From Octopus vulgaris (Eukaryota), in contig OX597832.1 of assembly GCA_951406725.2 (NCBI GenBank), positions 24,118,001 through 24,182,000 on the forward strand: 64,000 nt of DNA. The letters are read 5' to 3'. The notes under the pieces are model-generated. The model made no database searches. It was given only the letters and a program-made list of their open reading frames with translations, and was not told where the DNA came from. Numbering within the stretch: position 1 is the first letter of the stretch; each line of letters begins with the position of its first letter. This document shows positions 23,546 to 35,142 of the stretch, one piece after another. The translations under genes and the position numbers were made by a program.

Positions 23546-24159
23546 CATATTTTGGAATTGGTAATTTTTTTTTAATAGCACCGGAATTTTTCCAAGATAA
23601 TCGTTTAGCCAGATGCACTAATAATATAGCTGAGATAATCCATATCTCTGCAAACAAAATTCGTGTTTGTCTTTATGACATTTTAAGCAGTAATTCATTT
23701 GTCTCCAGTTGTTGTTGTTGTTGCTGTTGTTGTCACTGCTGTTTTATCTCCTCACACCAGGTTAAACCTGATCAAAGGGGGTTATGATCAAAGTATTCCA
23801 ACCACGATGCTTCCTGCCTTTTCTTCAGTTTAGTGTATCTGTGGACACATCGCCCGTTAAGACAATGGGGTGTGTAGTTTGATCGATTGAGATTTGGGTT
23901 TTTATTTCTAGCAGATCAACCAACCACATAGGGGTTCACTCATTCATGTAAAATATTACAATTTGATGACAATACTTGTAGATAGCCACCAAACTGGATG
24001 GGTCCAGTTCTCTCTTCTCTCCTTTTCCCTTTCTCCCTCTTGCCCTCCACCCCCCACTCATCTCTTTCCCCATCTCCCTCCTCCATCTTCCTTCCCCTAT
24101 CTCCCTCCTGCTTTGTCTCCTTCCTCCTTTCTTTCTCTCTCCTTCATTGTCATCTATAT

Positions 24160-24492
24160 TTATTTCTTTACTACTCACAAGGGGCTAAACATAGAGGGGA
24201 CAAACAAGGACAGACAAAGGGATTAAGTCGATTACATCGACCTCAGTGCGAACTGGTACTTTATTTATCGACCCCAGTGCGAACTGGTACTTTATTTATC
24301 GACCCCAGTGCAAACTGGTACTTTATTTATCGACCCCAGTGCGAACTGGTACTTTATTTATCAACCCCAGTGCGAACTGGTACTTTATTTATCGACCCCG
24401 AAAGGATGAAAGGCAAAGTCGACCTCGGCGGAATTTGAACTCAGAACGTTATGACAGACGAAATACCACTAAGCATTTCGCCCGGTGTGCTC
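24160..24492 (-). mobile_element. SINE family B with an internal 31-bp tandem expansion (5 units)
   Basis: cgaccccagtgcgaactggtactttatttat repeated over 24238-24395. Confidence 0.85.
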
Positions 24493-25700
24493 TCCCTTTC
24501 TCTCTTTCTCCTTCTCTTCCTTCCTCACTCTCTCTCCATTACATAACATGCTAGAACTTAATGTTATCCAAGGGAAAGACAAAGGGGCCAATACAGCTTG
24601 GCACCAGTAATGTCACAACTGGAGCAACGTGAAATATAAAGTGTCTTGCTCAAGAACACAACATGCAACCCGGTCCGGGAATCGAACTCACAACCTCACG
24701 ATCATAAGCTGGACACTCTAACCGCTGAGCCATGCACCTTCACAGTATTCTTTTATTCCCAACAATAAATATACATGCATATAACACATATACACATACA
24801 TACATGCCTGCAACAGTTGATTATGCAACATATGGTGTATAATGCATCACCTAATTAATTTCTGTTTGTTTTACCCCTTTTCTATTGTTAATGAGTTTCA
24901 TGTTAAAAGCACTATTATAATTAGTACCATTATCTGACTTGACATTTAATGCCACTAAAAGTAGACGTCACATTAGCATTTCATACTAGTCCTCCTTGGA
25001 GTATCATACGTCACTTTGTTTAAAATTGTAAAAATGGATATTGTTGGAACATGAATAAATTTAATTTAATTGTCAAACTTGTAGATTGTAAATTCACTAA
25101 TTAAATTATTTTTTAATATTTTTACATGCTTTTCTGTGCTGTGAGGGGAGTTAGATGAATATATGTAGTTGAGATATTGTTTTTACAGCTGGATACCCTT
25201 CCTGTTGTTAACCCTTCTTTTCCAAATAAGGGATCTCTTATTCCACACATCTTCAGAAGTACAAAGCCAGTAGTCTTTGTTGATATGGAAACAGCAATAA
25301 ACATCACTGCTTGTGGCTTGCTGGCTTTCCATGTGAAGTGTGGTTTCCATCTACCAAATTCATTCACAAGGCATTGGTCAGCCCAGGGCTATAGTAGAAA
25401 GACACTTACCCGAGGTGCTGCAGCATGGGACTGAACTATAAGTTCTGTGGTTGAGAAGCAAACTTCTTAACCATACATCCATGCCTGTGCTTTTAGGCAC
25501 ATTGTTAAATTATCATCATCATCATCATCATCATCGTTTGATGTCTGTTTTCTGTGCTGGTAGAGATTGGAGGTTTGTCAGGAGCCGGCAGGACCAGGAG
25601 CTGTCCAGATTCCATTGTTCTGTTTTGGCATGGTTTCTACAACTGGATGCCCTTTCTAGTGCCAGCCATTTTACCATGTATTGATGGCTTTTTACTTAAA

Positions 25701-26049
25701 TCTCTCTATATATAAACGGCAAAATGTCTGTCTGTCTGTATGTGTGTCCTTTATACAAATCCACAATTTTTCAGCTCGCACTTTCTATGGTCATTCAAAA
25801 CCATCCAAGGGTGGTCGTGCACATCTTTACATTTCCCCAGTCACCCTGCAAAGCCATTAAAAAATCAATAGAAGTGACTTTTCTTGTGAATTTTCTATCC
25901 AAAACCCAATCAAAATGCCCGAAACTTGATACACTAATTGAATGCCAGCTAGCTGTATGTGATTGGTCAGAGATTTGGACAGTACTCGTGTGTATGTGCG
26001 CATGCATGCATTAACACTATGACCCAGCGTTGCCAGGTCATAGTGCTAG
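25701..26049 (+). mobile_element. Non-autonomous Helitron (second family)
   Basis: A|TCTCTCTATATATAAA 5' end; gacccagcgttgccaggtc hairpin; CTAG|T 3' end. Confidence 0.75.
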
Positions 26050-26709
26050 TATACAAGAAAAATAAAAGCTCAAAATTTTATGCATGCTGCACCTCTCATG
26101 TGTCCATAGCTTACTCTTGGTATTTTTAAAAAATCTTTTATAGAATACGATTTTTACGATCATTGTCAAAATCATAATCAAGTCCAGTCAGCGATCTTGA
26201 TAATTCATCAACATTTTTGTGTTGCTTCAAAGCTTCTTGTCACACTGTGTATTTGTACAACAGCCACCCCTAAACTCCTTTTAACATTATTCAATATTGC
26301 AGCTGCTGAGATCTAAATACTTGTATATATTTTTTATTATTCAGTGACAATATGTAAATTAGCAGGCTTCCGTGCCGGTGACACGTAAATGGGCATTATT
26401 CAAGCGTGGTTAATATTGTGGAAGGTGTACTTTTGTTGATGATACTTATGATAGTGATTCCAGCACTGGTGGCAGCAGAGAGTTGTGTGCTTAAGGGCCA
26501 GCAGATACTCCCGTTCTTATCTTCCTTGTATTCATACTCTTTATTGTAGAACATTTTGCCAATGTGGTTAAAAAGTTTGCTCCCAATTCAACTACGTGGC
26601 ACCTCAACTAGATGTCTCCTGCTATAAACTTGGGCTGATTGAAGCCTTATGCATGGATTTGGTAAACAGAAACTGAAAGTAACCTGTCTTATGTGTATAT
26701 GTCTTTGAG

Positions 26710-27010
26710 TGGAGGCACATGGCCTAGTGGTTAGAGCAGCAGACTCGTGGTCGAGGGATCGCCGGTTCGAATCTCAGACCGGACGATGTGTGTGTTTATG
26801 AGCGAAACACCTAAGCTCCACGTGGCTCCAGCAGAAGGTAACGGTGAACTTCTGCTGACTCTTTCGCCACAACTTTCTCTCACTCTTTCCTCCTGCATCT
26901 TGCAGCTCACCTGCGACGGACCGGCGACCCGTCAAGGTGGGGAACATGTACGCCAAGGAAACCGGAAAACCGGCCCTTATGAGCCAGGCATGGCTTGAGA
27001 AGGAACAAAC
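26710..27010 (+). mobile_element. SINE family D with a clear tRNA-derived head
   Basis: A-box tggcctagtgg and B-box ggttcgaatct, followed by the gagcgaaacacctaagctccacg body. Confidence 0.8.
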
Positions 27011-27969
27011 ATGTCTTTGTGTGTGTGTATGTACACGCACACACACATCTGCACACACATATTCAGTTTCTTGTATACATACACACACATTCAGTTTCCA
27101 GGCTTAGATTGATTGGGGCTATAGCGCATAGAGAAATTATTATTTCTTAAATACTATTTCCCTCCAGCTATTTGACTGAAGTACAAACTCATTCTATAAA
27201 ATTGTATAAATATGTTTATTCCGTGTCATAGCTGTATATATTTAGTCTGCCATGTACCATTCTATACAGATTTATTCTGAGTATTTGACAAAAAAAAAAA
27301 ACCCAAAAAAACATAAAATCAAATATTTCCACTTGTTACAAATACATTTACAATTCTAAATTATTTGCTAATAAATGACTTTAGTGGCCACCAGCAACTG
27401 TAATCAATTTTGGCTAGGCATCAGCTGTATCAATTACGCCAGTCTCAAAGATCCTGCAAAGATAATTGGCATTGCTCCTCTTTGTTTGACTAACATAAAA
27501 CAACAACAAAAAATACCATTGATTATTGGTATGTTGTTGTTATGTGTGTGTGTGTGAGAATCAATATATTGTTTCTGTTTTATACTTTGTATATAAAATG
27601 CGTAGCCCCTTTGATACCAACCTGCCTGGGACTGCTTTTGGTTCCATGATACGGTCTTCTTTTTAAGCGATGTAAATTGCTAGCTCCCATCAAAATTTCA
27701 CATTACCTTTTGATTGCCTCAGTCGTTGGACTGTGCCCATGCTGGAGCACTGCCTTCAAAGGTTTTGTTGAACAAATCACACCCAGTATTTTTTTTTTTT
27801 GTTAACCCTGGTACTTGTTCTAACAGTTTGCCTTTGCGAAACACTAAGTTATGGGGTCATAAACAAACCAAGACCGGTTATCAAGTAATGGTGGGGGGAT
27901 ACAATGAACAGAACACAAAGGCCACATATGTGTATTTATAAATACACACACATATACATATATATACAT

Positions 27970-28152
27970 ATTTATATAAATAAGGATAAGATTAATATTT
28001 AAATACCAATCTTATCAGGTGGCGAGCATGGGAATAAAAACCTTTCAAAGGTGATAATTATTTAAAATTATAATTTAGGGTATCTAAGGGATACCTCCAT
28101 GCTGGAAATAGCAGTCAAAACTTGACTCTAAAACCACATTAAATGTTTGAAC

Positions 28153-28195
<43 letters not shown>

Positions 28196-28350
28196 AAATT
28201 ATAATTTAGGGTATCTAAGGGATACCTCCATGCTGGAAATAGCAGTCAAAACCACATTAAATGTTTGAACATTTAATGTGGTTTTAGAGTCAAGTTTTGA
28301 CTGCTATTTCCAGCATGGAGGTATCCCTTAGATACCCTAAATTATAATTT

Positions 28351-28385
<35 letters not shown>
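27970..28385. mobile_element. Direct + inverted triplicated element in (TA)n
   Basis: Unit aaaattataatttagggtatctaaggg...aaatgtttgaacattt at 28064-28156, again at 28195-28274, and inverted at 28268-28351. Confidence 0.7.
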
Positions 28386-28398
<13 letters not shown>

Positions 28399-28788
28399 TA
28401 AGAAAGAGATATATGTGATGGGTTTCCTCGTGGTTTCCATCTACCAAATACACTCACAAGGCTGTGGTCAGCCCAGGGCTATTTTAAAAGAGACTTGCCC
28501 AAGGTGCTGTGCAGTGGGATTGAACCTGAAACTACATGGTTGCAAAGCAAGCTTTATAAGCACACAGCCATGCCTGTGCCCGTGTTGACTTATATGCCAA
28601 ACATCAAATTAATGTCAAAACCATTTTACTAATTATTTCATTATTGGCAAAATTTAATTGAAACTGAAGCAAGTGTCTTGATTCAACAGAGATACTATAA
28701 CAAAGGGTTCAAATTTGATCAAACCCTTTGTTTTTGGTGTTTTTTAATTTATCTATTTAACTTCTTTTCTTTTTCTTTTCTTTTTCAG

Positions 28789-28915
28789 GCATTTTCTGTA
28801 TTTTTTGTTTGTATTGCTATCACATCAGATGTCATCTGCTATCTCTTCATACCTGTTCAGTGGCTTTTCTTTGCTGCTAGCACTTATGTATGGGTTCATT
28901 ATGTTTGGCATACTG
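28789..28915 (+). CDS. MACO1: Macoilin coding exon B
   Basis: tttttcag|GCA...ACTG|gtaag; AFSVFFVCIAITSDVICYLFIPVQWLFFAASTYVWVHYVWHT; phase 0 in, phase 1 out. Confidence 0.96.
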
Positions 28916-28921
28916 GTAAGT

Positions 28922-28952
28922 AATTACTATTATTATTATTATTATTATTATT

Positions 28953-29026
<74 letters not shown>

Positions 29027-29081
29027 TGTGTTGTATTGTCCCCATGTATTTTGTGTTTGGGCCTTGTGACCAATAAAGCAA

Positions 29082-29147
<66 letters not shown>

Positions 29148-29323
29148 CATCATCATCATCATCATTATTATTATTATCATTATGATCATCATCATTATTA
29201 TTATTATTATTATTATCATCATCATCATTATCATCATCATCATCATTATTATTATTATTATCATTATTATTATTATTATTATTATCATTATTATTATTAT
29301 CATTATTATTATTATTATTATTA

Positions 29324-29354
<31 letters not shown>

Positions 29355-29782
29355 CATTATTATTATTATCATTATTATTATTATTATTATTATCATCATC
29401 ATTATTATTATTATTATTATCATTATGATCATCATCATTATTATTATTATTATTATTATCATCATCATCATTATTATCATCATCATCATCATTATTATTA
29501 TTATTATCATTATTATTATTATTATTATTATTATCATTATTATTATTATTATCATTATTATTATCATCATCATTATTATTATTATCATTATTATTATCAT
29601 CATCATCATCATCATTATTATTATTATTATCATTATCATTATTATTATTATTATCATTATCATTATTATTATTATCATCATTATTATTATTATTATTATC
29701 ATCATTATTATTGTGTTGTATTGTCCCCATGTGTTTTGTGTTTGGGCCTTGTGGCCAATAAAGAAATTATTATTATTATTAT
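28922..29782. repeat. Compound (ATT)n/(ATC)n microsatellite (~860 bp) with two embedded ~55-bp retroelement-like tails
   Basis: Seen directly; tgtgttgtattgtccccatgt...gggccttgtg(a/g)ccaataaag occurs at ~29027-29080 and ~29712-29763. Confidence 0.92.
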
Positions 29783-30129
29783 TTACTTCTATCAGTGTTC
29801 ATACATCTTTGACCAAATGCTTGATTTTATTTATTTTTTTAACTCTAGGTACACTTCTCTTAATTAACAATTAAGCATTAATAGATAAAATGATTTGTTG
29901 CTAATTGAATATTTTCAGCTCTAGTTACACACGCTGGGCGTTTCTTATGAAAGTAAAATTATTTAAAAGTACGATTGTGTTTGCATTCATCACAACAGTA
30001 AACTTTCAGGACCTACTGTTGTCTATCCTGTATTATTAATTGCATGAGAAATTATGTAAGGCATTAGGAGCCTCTATGAGGTCACTGGATTTGCTAGAAA
30101 TAGCAACCAGATCATTTGCGAACCACATA

Positions 30130-30450
30130 CACGACTGGCCTCCATTACAGTGGCACGTAAAAAGCACCATCCAATTGTGGCTGTTGCCAACCTCGTCTGG
30201 CCCCTGTGCCGGTGGCACGTAAAAAGCACCATCCGATCGTGGCCGTTTGCCAGCCTCAACTGGCACCTGTGCAGGTGGCACATAAAAAGTACCCACTACA
30301 CTCTCCGAGTGGTTGGCGTTAGGAAGGGCATCCAGCTGTAGAAACACTGCCAGATCAGACTGGGCCTGGTGCAGCCTCCTGGCTTCCCAGACCCCCGGTT
30401 GAACCGTCCAACCCATGCTAGCATGGAAAACGGACATTAAACGATGATGA
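30130..30450 (+). mobile_element. RTE 3'-end copy
   Basis: Same modules and (GAT)n tail as 9160-9325. Confidence 0.8.
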
Positions 30451-30978
30451 TACCCAATGTCCTCTTCCTCATCATCGTTGTTTTGTTGTCTACTTTTCCT
30501 TGCTTGCATGGGTAAGATGGTTTTCTTTGAGGCAGATTTTTCTATGTCCTTCTTGCCCTTCTTGTTGCCAACCCTCACCTGTTTCCAAGGTAATATTTCA
30601 CCACAACCAGACTTGTTTATAGAGAAAACCGGAAATGAAGGACACTGTTTGAACGATGGTGACACTTGGAGCTGTCACATGATGTCAAGACAAAGACACA
30701 CAGACACATAGACCTATGCACACACATATGTACATACACACATATACACATACATATGTATCATAGGCGAGCTGGCACAATCGTTAGCACGCCGGGTGAA
30801 ATACATTGCCGTATTTCGTCTGTCGTTACGTTCCAAGTTCAAATTCCGCCGAGGTCAACTTTGCCTTTCATCCCTCTGGGGTCGATAAATTAAGTACCAG
30901 TTACGCATTGGGGTAGATATAATCGAGGTACCTTAATCAAATGATGGTTACACTGTCGTGAACATTTCATACTTTTCA

Positions 30979-31016
<38 letters not shown>

Positions 31017-31019
<3 letters not shown>

Positions 31020-31425
31020 AGTGGCTGTGTGGTATGTCGCTTGCGTACCAACCACATGGTTCCAGGTTCAATCCCACTGCATGGCACCTTGGGCAAGTGT
31101 CTTCTGCTATAGCCTCAGGCCGACCAAGGCCTTGTAAGTGGATTTGGTAGACAGAAACTGAAAGAAGCCCGTCGTATATATGTATATATATATATACATA
31201 TATGTATGTGTTTGTGAGTTTGTGTTTGTCCCCCACAACATCGCATGACAACTGATGCTGGTGTGTTTACGTCCCAATAAGCTAGTGGTTCAGCAAAAGA
31301 GACCGATAGAATAAGTACTAGGCTTACAAAAAATAAGTCCTGGGGTCAATTTGCTCAATTAAAGGCGGTGCTCCAGCATGGCAACAGTCACATGACTGAA
31401 ACAAGTAAAAGAGTAAAGAGAGAGT
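31017..31425 (+). mobile_element. SINE family A
   Basis: Matches the consensus. Confidence 0.88.
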
Positions 31426-32407
31426 ATATATATATATATATAGATAGATATGCGCTCACACACACACACAGCTGCTATTTCTTGCAGATTGAGCAACCAC
31501 ATAACGGCTCCCTGTGTCTGTTGAACAGGTGACAAATATCATCTCTAAATTGACATAGCTCAATAGTTAAGCTCTAATTAGAGATCATGGCAACTGTGCA
31601 AGAATCTATTCTTTCTCTGTCTCGACTCTCAAAATTTTCCTAAGCACCTGGTTACTACTCTGCCAGTAAACCAATCTGTCAAAGAAATTCTAAGACAATG
31701 AATGGTGACAAACTGGGTGACAGGAAAACCAAAATTAATCGGACAGTTCTCTTTTGTTTTCTCTCTTTTTTTTTTTTGTTTTGTGTCAAATATTTTTTTC
31801 TTTTATCTTTTACTGGTTTCAGTCATTAGACTGTGGCCATGTTGGGGCACCACCTTGAAGGGTTATAGTTGAAAAAATCAGCCTCAGTACTTTTTTCTAA
31901 GTGTTGTACCTATTCTATCGGTCTCTTTTGCCGAACATTTAATTTATGGGGGATGTAAACAAACCAATACCACTTGTCAGGTGATGTTGGTGGGACAAAC
32001 ACAGACACAAAGATACACACACATATACACACACTCACATTGGCATGTATGTATCTGTCTGTGTGTGTGTTTATTTTTTTTTTAACCTTGTCAAGTGAAG
32101 TGGAAAAGCACTGCTCATGGCCAATGTTGGCCCTCCAAGACTGCTGAACTTGATGCTGTTAATTTTCCAGTTAACCCCTTTTGGTACCAACCCACCTGAA
32201 CCCACCCACCCTGGGTCCTATGATACGAACTTCCTGTTTTAAACTGATCTAAATTAAAACCTTGACTGTAGCCATGCTGGAGCACTGCCTTTTAGATGAG
32301 CAAGTCGACCCCAAGACTTATTCTTTGTAAGCCTAGTACTTACTCTATAAGTTCTTTTACTAAATTCTTCATTGATTTCAAAATTAATCAAAAACATTTT
32401 CAGTGTA

Positions 32408-32570
32408 GGCGTAGGAGTGGTTGTGTGGTAAGTAGCTTGCTTACGAACCACATGGTTCTGGGTTCAATCCCACTGCATGGCACCTTGGGCAAGTGTCTTC
32501 TACTATAGCCTCGGGCTGACCAAAGCCTTGTGAGTGGATTTTGTAGACGGAAACTGAAAGAAGCCCATCA

Positions 32571-32619
<49 letters not shown>

Positions 32620-32815
32620 TTGTGTGTGTATATGTTTGTGTGTCTGTGTTTATCCCCCCAACATCACTTGACAACCGATGCTGGTGTGTTCGGCAAAAGA
32701 GACCAATAGAATAAGTACTAGGCTTACAAAGAATAAGTCCTGGGGTCGATTTGCTCGTCTTAAAAGGCAGTGCTCCAGCATGGCCACAGTCAAATAACTG
32801 AAGCAAGTAAAAGAG
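32408..32815 (+). mobile_element. SINE family A
   Basis: Matches the consensus, with a small internal deletion. Confidence 0.88.
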
Positions 32816-33065
32816 TGTATTTTGAAAGAAATATGCTCACAAAATGTTTAAACTGTTGCAGGTTAACATTTGCAAGAAAGCCACAAGTAGGGAAAAGATT
32901 TCCTGAAGGCTGGTGGGGAAGGACTAGGAATAGTGGTTAGTTGGGAGCTGATGGGGTTGGACCCACTGATATTTACAAGAGTTGGAAAGATAATTTCTAT
33001 CGACCAGTGTCACTCACAAGATTTTGGGACACTGGTTGATCTGTGGCTAGGGTAAAGGATGCCAA

Positions 33066-33272
33066 ACCAACAATACCCACTGGTTAGGATTGAACCCCTA
33101 ATAACATGATTTCAAAGCAAAGCTCTTAACCACACAGCCATGGATGCATCTCCTCAAATGAAAAGCTAACCAACAATGCCCACTGGTTAGGATTAAACCC
33201 CTAACAACATGATTTCAAAGCAAATTTCTTAACCACACAGCCATGGATGTATCTCCTCAAATGAAAAGCTAA
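33066..33272. repeat. Tandem duplication of ~103 bp (degenerate SINE head)
   Basis: aaccaacaat(a/g)cccactggttaggatt...ctcctcaaatgaaaagcta occurs twice. Confidence 0.85.
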
Positions 33273-34089
33273 ATGGCTTAAAAATAACTAAATTAATAAA
33301 ATGAAAACATTAGATTCTTCCTTCTCATTTTTATTTTATCCATCATTATCTTCGTTTATTGTGCGTTCTCCATACTGGTATGGGTTGGATGGTTTGACAG
33401 GAGCTAGCAAACTCCCTTATCTGCTTTGGAATGGTTTCTACAGCTGATGCCAACCACTTTACAGAGTGTACTGGGTGCTTCTTATGTGACACCGGCACTA
33501 GTGAAATCACCAAGTAATTTGCAAGACAAGACAACCTCCCACCCCAAAGAAAATGTGTCATGAGTGATTACGTTCATTAGCAATTTACCGATTGAAATTT
33601 TTTTAAAGTCGAATATTAAAATAGAAAATAAAAACAAAGACTTTTTTCTAATCAAGACAAATAAAATCAGTTTGAAAATTTATTTAGTGTGGCAAGCTGA
33701 AGAGGTTTTTGTTGTCAGTTATGGCTACATAAATATGCTGTTTGGAGACTGTTTGCTGAAGTATTATGAAGATGAAACATATGACAACAAAAAAAAAGAC
33801 AATTAACGAAGGGCTTGCAGGATAATTACGAAAAAATTATTAGACAAATTCTTCTGTAGCTTATTGTCTTGTCATCGTTTGTTGTTCGGCAGAGTGTACA
33901 TAACTGGATATCATGTGAGTGTCTGTTGTGTATAATTTTGTGAAAATGTCAGGCAGACTGGTTTTCCCATCAACCACACACACACATACACATACATATA
34001 CACGCGTGTCTCAAGTTACTGAGATAGGCTCTAGGCAATTGTTGTGGCCGTTAGATATAGCAGCCAAATCTCCCATAATCTAATTTGTA

Positions 34090-34505
34090 CCATCATCATC
34101 ATCGTCGTTTAACGTCCGTTTTCCGCGCTAGCACGGGTTGGACGGTTCGACCGGGGTCTGGGAAGCCAGGAGGCTGCACCAGGCTCCAGTTTGATCTGGC
34201 AGTGTTTCTACAGCTGGATGCCCTTCCTAACGCCAACCACTCCGCAAGTGTAGTGGGTGCTTTTTACGTGCCACCGGCACAGGTGCCAGGGGAGTCTGGC
34301 ATCAGCCACGATCAGTTGATGCTTTTAACGTGCCATCAGCACGGAAGCCAGCCAAGGCAGCGCTGGCATCGGCCACATTCGGATGGTGCTTTTAACGTGC
34401 CACCAGCACAGAAGCCAGCCAAGGCGGCGCTGGCATCAGCCACGTTTGTATGGTGCTTTTTATGTGCCACTGGCACAGAAGCCAGTCGAGGCGGCGCTGG
34501 CAAAA
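34090..34505 (-). mobile_element. RTE 3'-end copy
   Basis: catcatcatcgtcgtttaacgtccg...ggatgcccttcctaacgccaacc...gtgccaccggcac modules. Confidence 0.8.
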
Positions 34506-34704
34506 AGAAAAAAAATCAGACACATTTGTATAATGTTGCCTAAAAGACACAAAGTGAACAGGATCGCCATGGTTGTAACAAGATATCACACAAAATGTAA
34601 TATGCGCACTAGCAGTACACGCTCACAGATATACGTACACACAGAAATATATAACACAACAGATAACCATACACACACATCCACATATTTATACACATGT
34701 GCTT

Positions 34705-34919
34705 TACTCTCTCTTTTACTCCTCTACTTGCTTCAGTCATTTGACTGTGGCCATGCTGGAGCACCGCCTTTAGTCGAGCAACTCGACCCCGGGACTTATT
34801 CTTTTGTAAGCCCAGTACTTATTCTATCGATCTCTTTTGCCGAACCGCTAAGTGACGGGGACGTAAACACACCAGCATTGGTTGTCAAACAATGCTGGGG
34901 GACAAACACAGACACACAA

Positions 34920-34980
<61 letters not shown>

Positions 34981-35142
34981 ACGGGCTTCTTTCAGTTTCC
35001 GTCTACCAAATCCACTCACAAGGCTTTGGTCGGCCAGAGGCTATAGTAGAAGACACTTGCCCAGGGTTCCACACAGTGGGACTGAACCCGGAACCATGTG
35101 GTTGGTAAACAAGCTACTTACCACACGGCCACTCCTGCGCCT
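34705..35142 (-). mobile_element. SINE family A, full length
   Basis: Reverse complement of the consensus. Confidence 0.9.

Noticed and set aside
26712-26785. Possible tRNA gene
   Set aside because: A and B boxes are present but there is no acceptor-stem pairing, and it runs straight into a repeated SINE body.
28899-29874. Poly-I, poly-N/D and poly-H ORFs of 230-268 aa
   Set aside because: Trinucleotide microsatellite translations.
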